The position numbers and the translations under genes were made by a program. The notes under the pieces were generated by a model. That model was given only the letters and a program-made list of their open reading frames with translations. It had not been told where the DNA came from and made no database searches. A DNA stretch of 64,000 nucleotides from Gnetum montanum (taxonomy: Eukaryota; Plantae; Gnetophyta), in contig MNCI01003484.1 in NCBI GenBank assembly GCA_015680685.1, positions 1,052,918 to 1,116,917 on the forward strand, in the 5' to 3' direction. This document shows, one piece after another, positions 47,063-59,599 of the stretch. Positions within the stretch are counted from its first letter, which is position 1. Each line of letters begins with the position of its first letter.

Positions 47063-49766
47063 TTACATGCAATATGGCTCCAGATAGGAATGATTGATTG
47101 GATTGACCAGCTCATTCCCATCCATGTTGGCTATTAAGAATGCTCCATTACCATAGGATTTGGTAACCAAGAATGGCCCTTTCTAATTGGTTGAAAATTT
47201 ATCTACATGCTTGCAAATAGCTTTAAGGACCAAGTCATCTTCCTTGATCTTATGCTTGGTCAAGTCATGGTAATGCTACCACTTTTACCTCTCTTGATAA
47301 TGTCCAATGTGAGAAATTTTTTGCATATGTTGTTTGTCCACCAAGTCTAGGGCCATTATCTGCAACTCCTTATTCTACTCATCATTGATGAAGTTAGTCA
47401 AGGCTTCTTGAAGTGATGTCACCTACAATTCAAGAGGTAAAATAGCTTCAGAACCATACACTAGGTTATAATGGGTTACTCCAATTGCCATGATATAGGT
47501 CATTATGTAGGTCCATAGCACATGGACAAGCCACTCATGCCATTTATGCTTACTTTTATTGAGCATCTTCTTTATTTAGTTGAAAATGGCCTTGTTTCTT
47601 GCCTCTTCTTGTCTATTAGCTTGACAATAATAAGGTGAAGAGAAAGAATGCTTAAAGCCTAGGTTGTGATAGAAATCTTTCGTTTCATGGCTACTAAATT
47701 ATGGTCCATTATTTGTAACTATGATCATGGGTATGCCAAAATATGCTACAATGTTAGCTATGATAAATTTGCAAACTTATTTGAATGTAGTCTTCCTTAA
47801 AGGAATAGCCTCAACCCACTTCATAAAGTATTCAGTTGCAATCATTATGACTTGCATAAGACTTGGGTGTTATAGGTCCAATGATAGGTGAAGGGTTGGA
47901 TTTGACCAAATGGGAATGTTATGATGGTAGTAGCACTGGTCCCATGGGTAGTTGAAGCTCCATCAAAGTGCACAATCACCTCATAAACCTTAGGTACTTG
48001 GCTAAAAATACTAATATGCTCATTAGGGAACTTAGGATCTATGGTAGCTTGGTCATCAACAAGTAAAACTATGAGTTGTACAGCTATAGCCTAATATTTA
48101 GTTGAGGATTGAAAGATGTAATGAAGGTCAAACTCCATGGTTATGACTTTCCATTAGGCTATGTAGCTACTCTCATATATATTGGTCATTATGGCTCTAA
48201 GCATGTTATCTTTGCGAATGATATTGACTTGGCTTCTGAAGAGGCAGTGTCTCCACTTCTTTAATGAGAAGACTAGTGCTAGACAGTACTTCTCCACTTC
48301 AGTGTATCAAGTTTTGTTGGGAACTAATGCATGGCTAAGATAGTACACTAGAATTTCTATTCCATCATTGCATTTTTCACAAAGTAGAGAGGTAATGGAT
48401 ATGTTAGCTATGACTAGATAGATGTAAAAAGGTCTACCCTCTTATAGAGGATAGATTGTCAGTAGTTGTGTCAACTCTTGCTTAAGGTTTTCAAACGTCT
48501 CTTAGCATTGAGCTATCCACTCATAATGAACCCCTATCTTAAGTAAGTGTTGCCTGGGCTGTGATTTATTCATAATCCTAGTGATAAACCTATGAATAAA
48601 TTACAATCTGTTGTGCAATCCCCAAAGCTCCTTAAGGTTGGCAGGCATTACTAATTTGGATAAGGCCTTGACCTTATCAGGATTGGCACGTATCCCCACT
48701 TCAGATACAATGAAACCAAGCATCTTGCTAGTCTTGACATCAAAGACATACTTCTTGGGATTGAGCCCAAGCTCATATTTGAGGCATCATTTAAGCATAA
48801 GATTTAGGTCATTAACATGGTCACTAGCCTCTTTAGACTTAACAACTATGTCATCCACATAATCGTTAAGCAAACCTAGCATGTAATTGCTAAAGATATA
48901 AGTCATGGATTGTTGATAGGTTGCTCTTACATTCTTAAGATCAAGGGACATCATAGTATAGCAAAAGGTTCCCCAAAGAGCCATGAAGATCATGCTAAGT
49001 TGGTGTTTTAGGTTGATCCTAATTTGGTTGTATCCTGAGAACCCATCCATAAAGGACAATATGACATGCCCAACCTTGGTATCAATAAGCTTATCAATAC
49101 TAGGCAATGGAAACTCATCCTTGATAGTTACTTTATTTAGCTCTCAAAAATCAATGCAAATATGGATACTTCTATTTTTCTTAGGGATTACCACTATGTT
49201 GGAAACCCATTCTACATAGTCAAAAACCCTTATGAAACCAGCTTGGTAGAGCTTCAAGATCTCATCATGAACTACCAAGGCCGAATTAGGTCTTATCTTA
49301 GGTACTTTTTACTTAATTGGTCTAATACTAGGGTCTAGTATGATGTTATGTTGTACAAAGCATGGGTCTAGGCTTGAAATATCTTCATATGACCAAGAAA
49401 AGGCCTTAATGTTGCCTTGTAGGACCTTGTGATGTCTTAAGCTTGTTTAAATTCCAGTGAGGAACTTAGCTTAAGGGCTTTCTCCTCATCACTATGTGTC
49501 ATGACAGGAACCTCAACTAGAGAGTCTTCGTTTATGTAGCTCACCTCTAAGTCAAGGGTTCTGATTAGGTTTTCAAGCTACTCTAGGGATTTCTCTATTG
49601 AGACTATTCAGTTGACAAGGCTCTCAGGCTTAAGATCTAGGCAATTAGGGTTAATAAACTATTTTACATCCTTGTGAGGCCCATTGAGGCTCAAAGGTAG
49701 ATTGATCAGCTCCCAGGTACTCATACTTTGATCTTGCATGTCAACCAAAAGCATATTAAGTGCCAC
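47063..49766 (-). pseudogene. pol: pol exon of B2: RT, RNase H, truncated archaeal-type RNase H (aRH), integrase
   Basis: FMDGFSGYNQI and YVDDIVV; aRH start VHFDGAS (~47975-47955); integrase IIGPITP..FMKWVEAIP and KGPF..GNGAFLI; stop at 47063; acceptor TTTTTACCTAG at 49768-49767. Confidence 0.9.
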
Positions 49767-50299
49767 CTAGGTAAAAATTAATAAACCATGCTTAAAATTC
49801 TATAAAATCATGCAAATATGTTCTATTCTAGTGTAAATAAGATCATGCAATGCTATAAATAAGGTAAAAGAAAGCAAATAAAGCACAGTTGGGGCTAGGT
49901 GAAGGCCAAATAAAGGAATAAGTCTACAATCAGTTAGCAAGGGTCACGGTTTTGCCAATTTTAGGCATTAGCAGGCCATAATGCCATGGTGCCAAATACT
50001 AGTTAGGGAAGGTCAAACCCCCACTATTTGACAGCAATCAAAGGCTAAATAAAAGCAAATAAAATAGATAGAGGAATTATAAGGCTATGTAAAGGCTACA
50101 AGAAGGTTATCAAGGTCAACAATGCAACATAAGGCCAACAACAAGTTGAAACATCAAGCAAAGCATGCTACATATGGTCAAACTTGGCTAATATAGATCC
50201 CAAGAGGTTGGGTTTTGCCAATTTTAGGCCTTAGTGGGCCATGTTTTATGGTTATAGGGTTGTTAGATGGGGTTTGGACATTAGTCAAGGTTTTTTCTA

Positions 50300-52310
50300 G
50301 GTTGTTTGGGCCTAACAAATAAGATTTTTGAAGCTTCTACATTGAGACCCCCTTATTTCTATGTTGAGCACCACACACACCCCCACCTTCCAAGGGGGTA
50401 AGCCATCATGGAAGGTTTCAAGGGGCTAAGTTTTGACAAATTTTGATCAATTTTGGGCATGCATGTACATTCCTAGAGTTGCTGGTGTTGCCAGACATTA
50501 CCCAAGATCAAAAGTTGTCAATTTTAAGGCTTTTTTATTAGTTTACCCCCTTGTTTCCACACTAAACAGCACCCCCCACCCCCCACCCCACCTCCCGCAC
50601 CCACCCTTGCAGGGAGGTAGGCCAACATGGAAGATTCTAAGGGATTGAACATTGATAAATTTTTATCAATTTTGTGCATGCATGTGCATTCTTGAGATTT
50701 CTGATGCTACTGGACATTGCCCAAGATTGAAACTTGTCAATTTTAAGGCTTTTTTATTAATTTTTAGGGTTACCACCTTGTATCCATGTTGAGCTGCCCT
50801 CTAGTGGGTAAACCAACATGGAAGGTTTCAAGGGGTTAAAAATTGACAAATTTTGATACATTTTGGATATGCATGTGCATTCTTGGGGTTGTTGATGCTG
50901 CTAGACATTTCCCAAGATTGAAACTTGTCAATTTTAAGGCTTTTTGTTTAGTTTTTGAGGTTACCCCCTTGTTTCCATGCTAAGTGCCCCCTCCCCCCTC
51001 TCCAGGGGATGTAATTTAGCATGGAAGGTTCCAAGGGATTGAAAATTGATAGATTTTGATTAATTTTGGGAATGCATGTGCATTCTCAAGGTTGTTGGTG
51101 CTGCCGAACATTACCCAAGATCAAAACTTGTTAATTTTAAGGTTATTTTATAGGTTTTTAGGGTTACCCCATTGTTTCCACATTGAGCCACTCCTCTCCA
51201 CACCTCCCCCCTCCCCCACACCTCCGCCTGCTGCCCCCCCNNNNNNNNNNNNNNNNNNNNNNNNNNNNNNNNNNNNNNNNNNNNNNNNNNNNNNNNNNNN
51301 NNNNNNNNNNNNNNNNNNNNNNNNNNNNNNNNNNNNNNNNNNNNNNNNNNNNNNNNNNNNNNNNNNNNNNNNNNNNNNNNNNNNNNNNNNNNNNNNNNNN
51401 NNNNNNNNNNNNNNNNNNNNNNNNNNNNNNNNNNNNNNNNNNNNNNNNNNNNNNNNNNNNNNNNNNNNNNNNNNNNNNNNNNNNNNNNNNNNNNNNNNNN
51501 NNNNNNNNNNNNNNNNNNNNNNNNNNNNNNNNNNNNNNNNNNNNNNNNNNNNNNNNNNNNNNNNNNNNNNNNNNNNNNNNNNNNNNNNNNNNNNCCACCC
51601 TCCTTTCCATGGGGTAAGGCAACATGGAAGATTCCAAGGGGCTAGGTTTTAAAAAAATTAATTAGTTTTGGGCATGCATATGCATTCCCAAGGTTGTAGA
51701 TGTTGTTATGCATTACCCCAGATCAAAGATCTTTTAATTTTAAGGCTATTTGATGGATTTTCAAGATTACTCCCTTGTTTCCACACTGAGCCCCCTTACA
51801 AGGGGTAAGAACACATGGAAGATCCCAAGGAGTTGAAAATTGATAAATTTTGATCAATTTTGAGCATGCATGTGTGTTACCCAAGACCAAAATTTACCAT
51901 TTTCAAGGCTATTCTATTGATTTTTATGGTTACTGCCTTGCTTCCATTCTAAGCCCCCCTTATTCTCGAGGTTGTTGGTGCTACTGGGCATTACCTAAGA
52001 ACAAATTTCATCATTTTAAGCTATTTTATTGATTTTTAGGGTTACCCCCTTATTTCCATGTTGAGCCCCCACCCCTCAACCACAACCCCCTGGGGCCCCT
52101 CCAAGGATGTAACCCAATGCGGAAGATTTCAAGGGGCTGATTTTTGATAAATTTTGATTAGTTTCGAGCATGCATGTGCATTCCTGGGATTCTTAGTGCT
52201 ACTGGGCATTTCCCAAGACCAAAAATTTTCAATTTTAAGGCCTTTAAGTTAGGTTTTAAGGTTACCCCCTTGTTTCCACTCTAAGGCACCCCACCCAGGG
52301 GGTAAGGACT
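50300..52310. repeat. Tandem ~190-220 bp satellite-like array in the B2 spacer (about 8 or more units, with a gap)
   Basis: Recurrent CATGGAAG(G/A)TT.CAAGGG..TTTTGGGCATGCATGTGCATTC..CCCAAGAT..GGGTTACCCC.TTGTTTCCA at ~50407, 50626, 50817, 51020, 51623, 51814 and 52118. Confidence 0.9.
51241..51594. other. Assembly gap (N)
   Basis: 354 N flanked by C-runs, inside the tandem array. Confidence 1.
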
Positions 52311-53530
52311 AAGGAAGTTATCAACTACCAAAGGTCATGGAGGGGCACCAAGGTTGCTAATGCAAGAACTATGGTCACTAGAAGTTGGAAAGAGGGTTTT
52401 TATGTTATACCCCTTAATCCCCAATGTTGGCCCCACACTGGAGAGCATGACGGAGGGATTCACCAATGTGGGGTGTGATACAAGGTTGTAAACTTTTTCC
52501 AATGTAAAAAGTAGGCTATTAGACACTATATAGGAGTAACTCGGTGGTCAATTTATGGAATTTTGTGTTACCTCCCATCCATCCATGCTAGGGCCAAGGT
52601 GTACAGTAAGGACAAGGCCTCCCCTAGTGTGGAACCACTAAATCAAAAGGTTTTGACCACTTATGACTAGGTTTTCCAAGGTTTAGGGGTTTTGGGAGTG
52701 ATTAGATAGATTCATGGTTATGTGTGCCCCTTCTAGGGGTCAGATCTGAGTGTGATGGGTAGTGGGGGATATGAATGAGGGTTACCCCCCTTTGTTCCAT
52801 GTTGAGAATTACCACCTTGCCTTCCCCCTCCACTCCCCCTTCCTTCTACACAAGCCAACATGGACACCTAGGGTGGCTATTTTTACAAAAGTTTGACCCC
52901 CTTTTAGAGCCTAGGGTTGGATGATGCAAGTTGCAACTACCAAAAATGACAAGAAGGTTAGTTTTTGTATGGTTTTGAGGGATGGAAGATGTGCATTCAT
53001 GCTACGTATGGTACCCCTAGTGTGGATGCAGGGGGGTTAAGGCTTGGGTATGGTTCTATGTGTTAAAGTGGTCAAAACCCTAGTGTTGATATAGTTAATA
53101 ATCCAAAAACACCATGTGTGAGGGCATAGGGTGGGACACATGGTTTTATAACTTAAAAATTAAAAATTTAAGAAAAAAGCAAAGGAAATTGTTGTTTCAC
53201 CCTCCTCCCTTGCAACATGAAGGATACTTTCACCCTAGCCTCCCCCACCCCCTCCTTGAACTTTAGTGTATGTGAAGTCATCATACACAAAATTAGCAAG
53301 TACGAGTTGGGAGTGGATATGCTAGGTTTAATGGATTTTAAATGTTAAAACTTGAACAAACTCATCACAAACCATCATTCCATCAAAACACATAGTGGAG
53401 GAAAGCCTTGGCATCCATTTTTGTAGCAAATCTTGTCAACTTTCAACATTGAAGCTCTTAATATTTTCTCAACCCAACATGGAAGCTCAAACTACTTCAG
53501 ATTTCAAGCCTTCTTCTAATGTTGATCATC

Positions 53531-56500
53531 ATGATGAAGAAAGGTAGCAAACATCCTAACATCTAGGCATCAAATGAGGCTTCCAAAAGGATCTCCACCT
53601 TTTCCAAGGTTTTTTCCAATCAAGGAACCTCTTCATCAATCCCAAGGTAGGCCATTCTTTGCCTTTTTTCATGGTGTCTTAACTATTTTTGGTGTTTTTC
53701 TAGGTAGAAATAGGGCGTTTTGTTAGATCTAGTCCAAAGGAATTAATAGAATTAAATTCTAGTAAAATCCCATGTTATATTTTGGCCATTTTTATGTGGG
53801 TCTATGGTTATCACCTTGGTAAATAGGGTTTTGAAAGTAGGCTTGCTTTTTTAGATGCTTTTTTATAAAAATCTCATCCTACCCCCTTAATTTTACGTGT
53901 TTTATGATGGTTAGAGGTTGGTTTGGTCATTTTGGTTGTAATCTTTGGCTGAATATTGTTAAATTTGTGTTTTTAATGCTTTTTTGGTACAAAAAGCAAG
54001 CTAAGTTGTGTATATTTTATCAAAGAAATGGCTTAAGTTTTGCATAATTTAATTTTTTTGGTTTTTATTGGTGTATTTAATTTTTTTAATGGCTATGGTC
54101 TTGTTTAATTTGGAGTTATATTGATTAAGTTATGTCTATTTCAATTTGGTTGTGCAATTAGGGTTTGTGCCATTTATCATATTTTCATCAATATTAATGA
54201 TTTTTTTCTGAAACAAAGGCTAGGGTTTTGAATTTATATTGAGTATTTTTTTCATAGGACTTGATTCAAGCTTTTAAATGGTGGTGGAATCACTCTGTTT
54301 GGACCTCGAATGGACTTTTAGTGAATTTTTTCGTAACCCTACATGAATGGGGGTTGATGGTGATGGCTACGATTTTACTATTTTTGACTATGTTTTGTGT
54401 AAGAATGGTTACATGTTTTTCGTTGAAATGGTCATGACTAGAGATTTCATGATTTTAGGATTCCCTTTGTGGTGGAATCACTAAAATTGGAGCTAAGATG
54501 AAGTTTTTATGAATTTTATAATTAGGCTATGTTAATTGGTCTAAATTTGGTTGTAGCACTTTACCCCTTTGAGGATGGATGTGGTTGTTATAGTTAGAAT
54601 TGTCAACCTCCATGCTCTTCAGGACTTTTTTAAATGGAAAATATATTATTATTATTATTTATTTTAAAGAAAGAGATTTTTACTATTTTTAGTAAGCTTT
54701 TTTATTTATTCCTATTATGGCCATTTTTTCTATGTTTTGATGCTTTTTCTAAATTAATGCATGATTTGAACTAAGGCATAGTTCTGGTTGTGGTGTTTTG
54801 GTTATAATAATTTTGGCTATGATATCAAGTCTAAGAAAGGTCTTAACAATATATTTATTTTTTGTGAATTTTCCTAAGCAAATTTGAACCAACATCTAGG
54901 AGCTTTTTATGGAGGTTAATTTCACCCTCAACTACGATGTGTAAAATTTGTTAAGAAATTATAAGTGTTGAAATGTTATGTTAATGGTTTTTTATGCTTT
55001 CCCATTGTAGGGTCCTGCAAAAGCCAATGGTCATCGTGGTTGAGCTTGTTGACATTCTTTGTTATCTTGGTCAACCTATGAACCATAGCCCTCCTCCTGA
55101 CTTGACATTGGAGAAGATATCAGTATGGTTCCATCCATGGGCAAGGTATTTTCTTACCTATCTTCTCTAGCACTTTAGTGTGATGATATGTTCACACTTG
55201 TCTAAGGAGGTGGCCATAGTCATCATGGAGACCTTGCTTCCTAGGTCTACATGCCTAAATAACCAATTTATAACTGATTGGCCAAAGACTCGAGCAACAA
55301 GAGAACTAGTGGATTTCATCGGTACATGGTACCTTTCAAATATCTAGACCATACTAGGGTATTCATGATACAACAAGAATAATACTCTGATGGTGGTGCA
55401 AAGAGTCCACTCTATATTCTAAAATCCTCCAGGAACTGTGTAACAATTACAAGGATAAGCATGACTATTATAGGTTTTAACATTTTTGTTTTATCTAATT
55501 TAGTCTCTTTTTTCTAACTTGTTGGTTTCACACATATCTTGTAGGTACAAGGTCGATGATCAAGGTTTGATCAAGAATGATCAAACCTTGGTAGTAGCCC
55601 ATATTGCATTGAACGAATTTAGTAAGGGCCCCAAGATTAGATATGTTGTTTTTGAATAGCTAAGAGGGGAGTTTGATGATACCCTACTATATTTGACCTT
55701 GTTTACAAGAGGTTTGTGGCTACCAAAATAGCACATAGATGGTGGATGGCTCCTAAGGACATTAGAGATATGGGAATTATTGTTGGGATTCCCACATTAG
55801 CTTCTTTAAGCAAGAAGAAGAAGAGTGAGAAAATAGGTACTTGGTTATGTTAAAGGTTTTATGGTTATTTAGGCTTTAAGTTTCTTATGGCCAAAACATA
55901 GTTGTATTGATGCCAAGAACTTGTCTTTTACTTACAAGGCCTTCTACTCTTGTAGATGTTATTATACCACTCACTAGACATTTATGGAAAATCTCATCCT
56001 AAAGCTCAATGAGGTGGAACTTGCACAAGAGTGGTTGAGGGAGAAGGCATTTGAAGACATTCAAGTAAACATTGCTCATGCAGGTTTCCTTGAGATCTTT
56101 ATGGCGCCCAATCCTATCATCCCTTTTATAGAGAGGCTAAACATCATCAACTCTTTTGATGAAAAAGCTAATGTATACCACACCACAGTACAAGGCCTAT
56201 CCATTACTATTGCCATCAACGCGACTACCTTCCATGACTTATTTGGTGTTCCCACTTATGGGAAAATAGTTGCCACCAAACCAATGAAAGAGGTCGGCCA
56301 CCATCCAAAAGTTGAGGAATGGCTTGGTGCTACCAAGGGCCACTCTGAACTTGCTTGCAATAGCTGTAGGAACCCTAATTCAAAAGGGTCTTATCCCTTG
56401 TTTAGATCTTGGGTATTTCCCAAATTATTATCACCAAAGAAGGTGATTGGCGTCATGCATGGATGAACCTTCAAGAAAGTTTTGACAAAGGGGACTCATT

Positions 56501-58537
56501 TTAACAGGGCTCTTTCCTTGGCTACCAACCTCAAAGAGGAAATCCTCAAAATTCATGTAGATTCTTCCATGATAGTCCACATGCACCATGCATTTTTTGT
56601 ATGCTACATAAAGAGGTTTGTAGAATTTTTGGTGGTGAAGAGGGGTAGATCATGGATGCACCAAGACCCATGCCAACTCTCAAGGCCTTAGGTAAAGCAT
56701 CTTTATCCAACCATGAAGGCTCAAAACCCACCAAAGGATATGGAAGATTCACTATCCATGACCACCAATAACCTTCATGTTTATTGGTGTGAATCCCTTG
56801 AAAACATGGGGAAGGAACCTCTTACATTTCCAACAAACATCAAGAGGGTCCAACAGTTATGTGTTGAAGCCACTAGAGTAGCTAGGGCTAACCTAAAGAG
56901 GCCAGAAGATGAAGCACCACTAGTAGTAGAGCCACCCTCCAAGCAAAATATTATCTTCAAGATCCCACACTTGGACCAAGCATTCATAGGTACACTCCAA
57001 CTATGTTTTCTCTCTTTTGGCTATGTTTTGTTTTGTGGCTATTCATGCTAACTTATCTAATGATTTATGACTACAGATCAACGGTGAAACCTGGCAACCC
57101 AAGCTATCGCTGTAGAAGAAGAACAAAGGAAAGTAGAGGAGGCACACACATGTGTTGAGGAGGAACAATAAAGGTGTAGAGCTATGGCAAAGGAAGAATA
57201 GAGGCATGAAAAGAATGCACTCTTGAAACAAGATATGGATGATCTTGATGCCTTGTTCGGTGGGTCACTACCTAGGAAGTCTTCAATCAAAATCCCCGAT
57301 GAAGATGAAGATGAACATGAGAATAAGGGGAAGAGCATAGGTATACTTATGCTCTACTTACTATTGCCTATATTTTTATATTTAGTTTTAGATTTCTTAC
57401 TTATCCAATAATTATTATGCTTATTGTAGTCCCTAAGCCAATAGCAGAGGTCCTTATACTTGAGTTTCACCTAAAAGCATGGGTAGAGGTCCCAGACAAG
57501 ATAGAATTCATGCACAAAATGGCAAATGACATCATTGGTTAGTTGATATAGGTTGCTCCTGAAATCAATAAGAACTATGTTTTGTTGTTCTTTAGTCATG
57601 TTGCTATGAGATGTATTTTATGCTATAGCCATATTTTATGTTAATTTTATGATTATTAATTTTTTTTATTTTTAGTGCCATTAGTCACATGGGATCCAGC
57701 CCAAGACATGGAGTTCAACTCCTTGCCTAAACTTTCTCCTTACACCACATATGTCCCCTTGAAGCTTTATGAATCTACCACTAATCTAGTAGTTTCATGT
57801 GCTAAAGCTTCATGGGAGATTTAGAGTTCTAATGAATCCCTATGGGAAGAAGTTATGGCCTTAAAGAAGAAAAATAAAAAGCAAGGCAAGAGGATCCAAG
57901 ATCTCAAGGAGCATAAGGCCTTTGTGGATGCCCAAGTGGAGAACTCCGAGGCCTTATAGACCAAAGAGATCACATGGGCCTGCTACTAGTGCACTATCCA
58001 TGATAATATTTCTCTCTCTTAGGAGTTGCATGAACAAAAAATGCAAATGAACTTGATCTCTCAAAAGACACAAGATTGGAAAGATTACAGTGCTTGGATC
58101 TTGGAGTGGGGTAAGACACAAAGGGACCACAAGCACCAGTATAAAGTTGATTGGGATGCCTATTTGAAATGGTTGAAGAAGGAGACAACCAAATGGCAAA
58201 AGAGAGAGATGTTCATTCAGGGCATTTAGGTTGAGAGTGCTTTTGACCTCTTTGAAAGCACGCTAACAGTGGTTGAGTCTCTTACTCCACATATCACCAT
58301 GGTTGCAGATGAGGTCACTATGGCTACAATCTCATGGAAGCCACCATCATGGATGGGTGTGGATAGAACCAGTATCCTCACAAGCATCAATTTAGAGGAC
58401 ATTGACTGGGCCAACATGACAAAAGACTAAATTCTCCAATGTTTGGAGACTAGCCTTTACCATCTTCCCTAAGAGTTTGTAAAGTTGGATTCTTCACAAG
58501 TGTGATGATCTTCATGTTTTGCATTTTTTTAAAGTTT

Positions 58538-58578
<41 letters not shown>

Positions 58579-58751
58579 TCTTGTTTTGCATGATTCATGT
58601 TACGATTTTGGTTATGATGATTACTAACTGATTGTGTGTTGCTATCTCACAAACATTTTATGACATTGGTGGCCCCAGTGATGTAGGCGATGATAATGAT
58701 GATGCATCAGCTCCTCCTCCGAATGCCCCCTTGGCACCATTAGATGCATGA
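53531..58751 (+). pseudogene. Antisense 8-exon accessory gene of B2 (homologue of 4517-8656)
   Basis: Predicted exons ~53531-53646, 55011-55452, 55545-55836, 55956-56989, 57077-57340, 57430-57567, 57676-58498 and ~58655-58751. Conserved blocks KP..IVVELV, VWF, FSVMI.SHLS, ETLLPRS, NPPGTV, DLFGV, YPLFR, WDP and IDWAN. Confidence 0.72.
58543..58575. repeat. (TA)n microsatellite in the last predicted intron of the B2 antisense gene
   Basis: About 16 TA units. Confidence 0.95.
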
Positions 58752-59107
58752 TTTGATAGTCTTTTACTATTTATTTCATTTTATGCTTGTGATTATGTGG
58801 CTTATGTTGGCCAATACTTGAGTTATAGACATTTTATCATTTATGATTGATAATTTTAACATTTATGGCATACAATGTGGCCATGGCTATATCATTTTAA
58901 TTTTAAGATGTTTTAAATTTTAAGTTTTGGTTTTAGTTTTGGCTATATATGTTGTTGATTACTTTATTGTTTTAAGGTTTTAAGGTTACAAGTGTTGGAA
59001 ATATCTATGTGAAATATGGTTGCGTTGGCTATGTCGAGAACTATGAGATTATGAATAGACAAGGGTTACTTACCATTTTTTAAAGTCATGGTAGATTGTA
59101 CATTTAT

Positions 59108-59312
59108 CACTAGCTTAAGGCTATGGTGGACCATGATGCTAGTTTAGAGTCTTAGTGAACTATAATGCCAATTTAGAGTCTTAGTAGATTATAATGCTAG
59201 TTTAGAGTCTTAGTGGACTAAGGTGCCAATTTAAGGCCTCGGTAGGCTATGATGCTAGTTTAAGGCCTTGGCAAGCCATGAGTTTGCTAATTTTAGGCCA
59301 TGGCAGGCCCTT
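59108..59312 (-). repeat. Hairpin-unit array downstream of the B2 protease (7 units, ~29 bp)
   Basis: AGTTTAGAGTC-TTAGTG-GACT, AATTTAAGGCC-TCGGTA-GGCT, AATTTTAGGCC-ATGGCA-GGCC and similar units. Confidence 0.85.
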
Positions 59313-59599
59313 AGAGTCTTAGAGTTTTTGGTAAGAATTTTGTTGTTTTAAAATTTTTATGATTTTTTTCTAACTTTAAGATTTTTTATAGGGTTTTTTT
59401 ATTTTCATCATGTATAAAAGTAATGGAAAATAAAGGTTGTAATACATAAGTAAAATGTAAATGAAAGTGGAAATCTAGGCTACCTGCAGGAAGAGTAAAA
59501 TAAAATACATAATCAAGGATAAAAAATTAGCAAAGAAAGGATAAGCTACATAGTTATAGGGACATGGAGAGGAAGAGTCAAAGGGTACTTCACTTGTGT

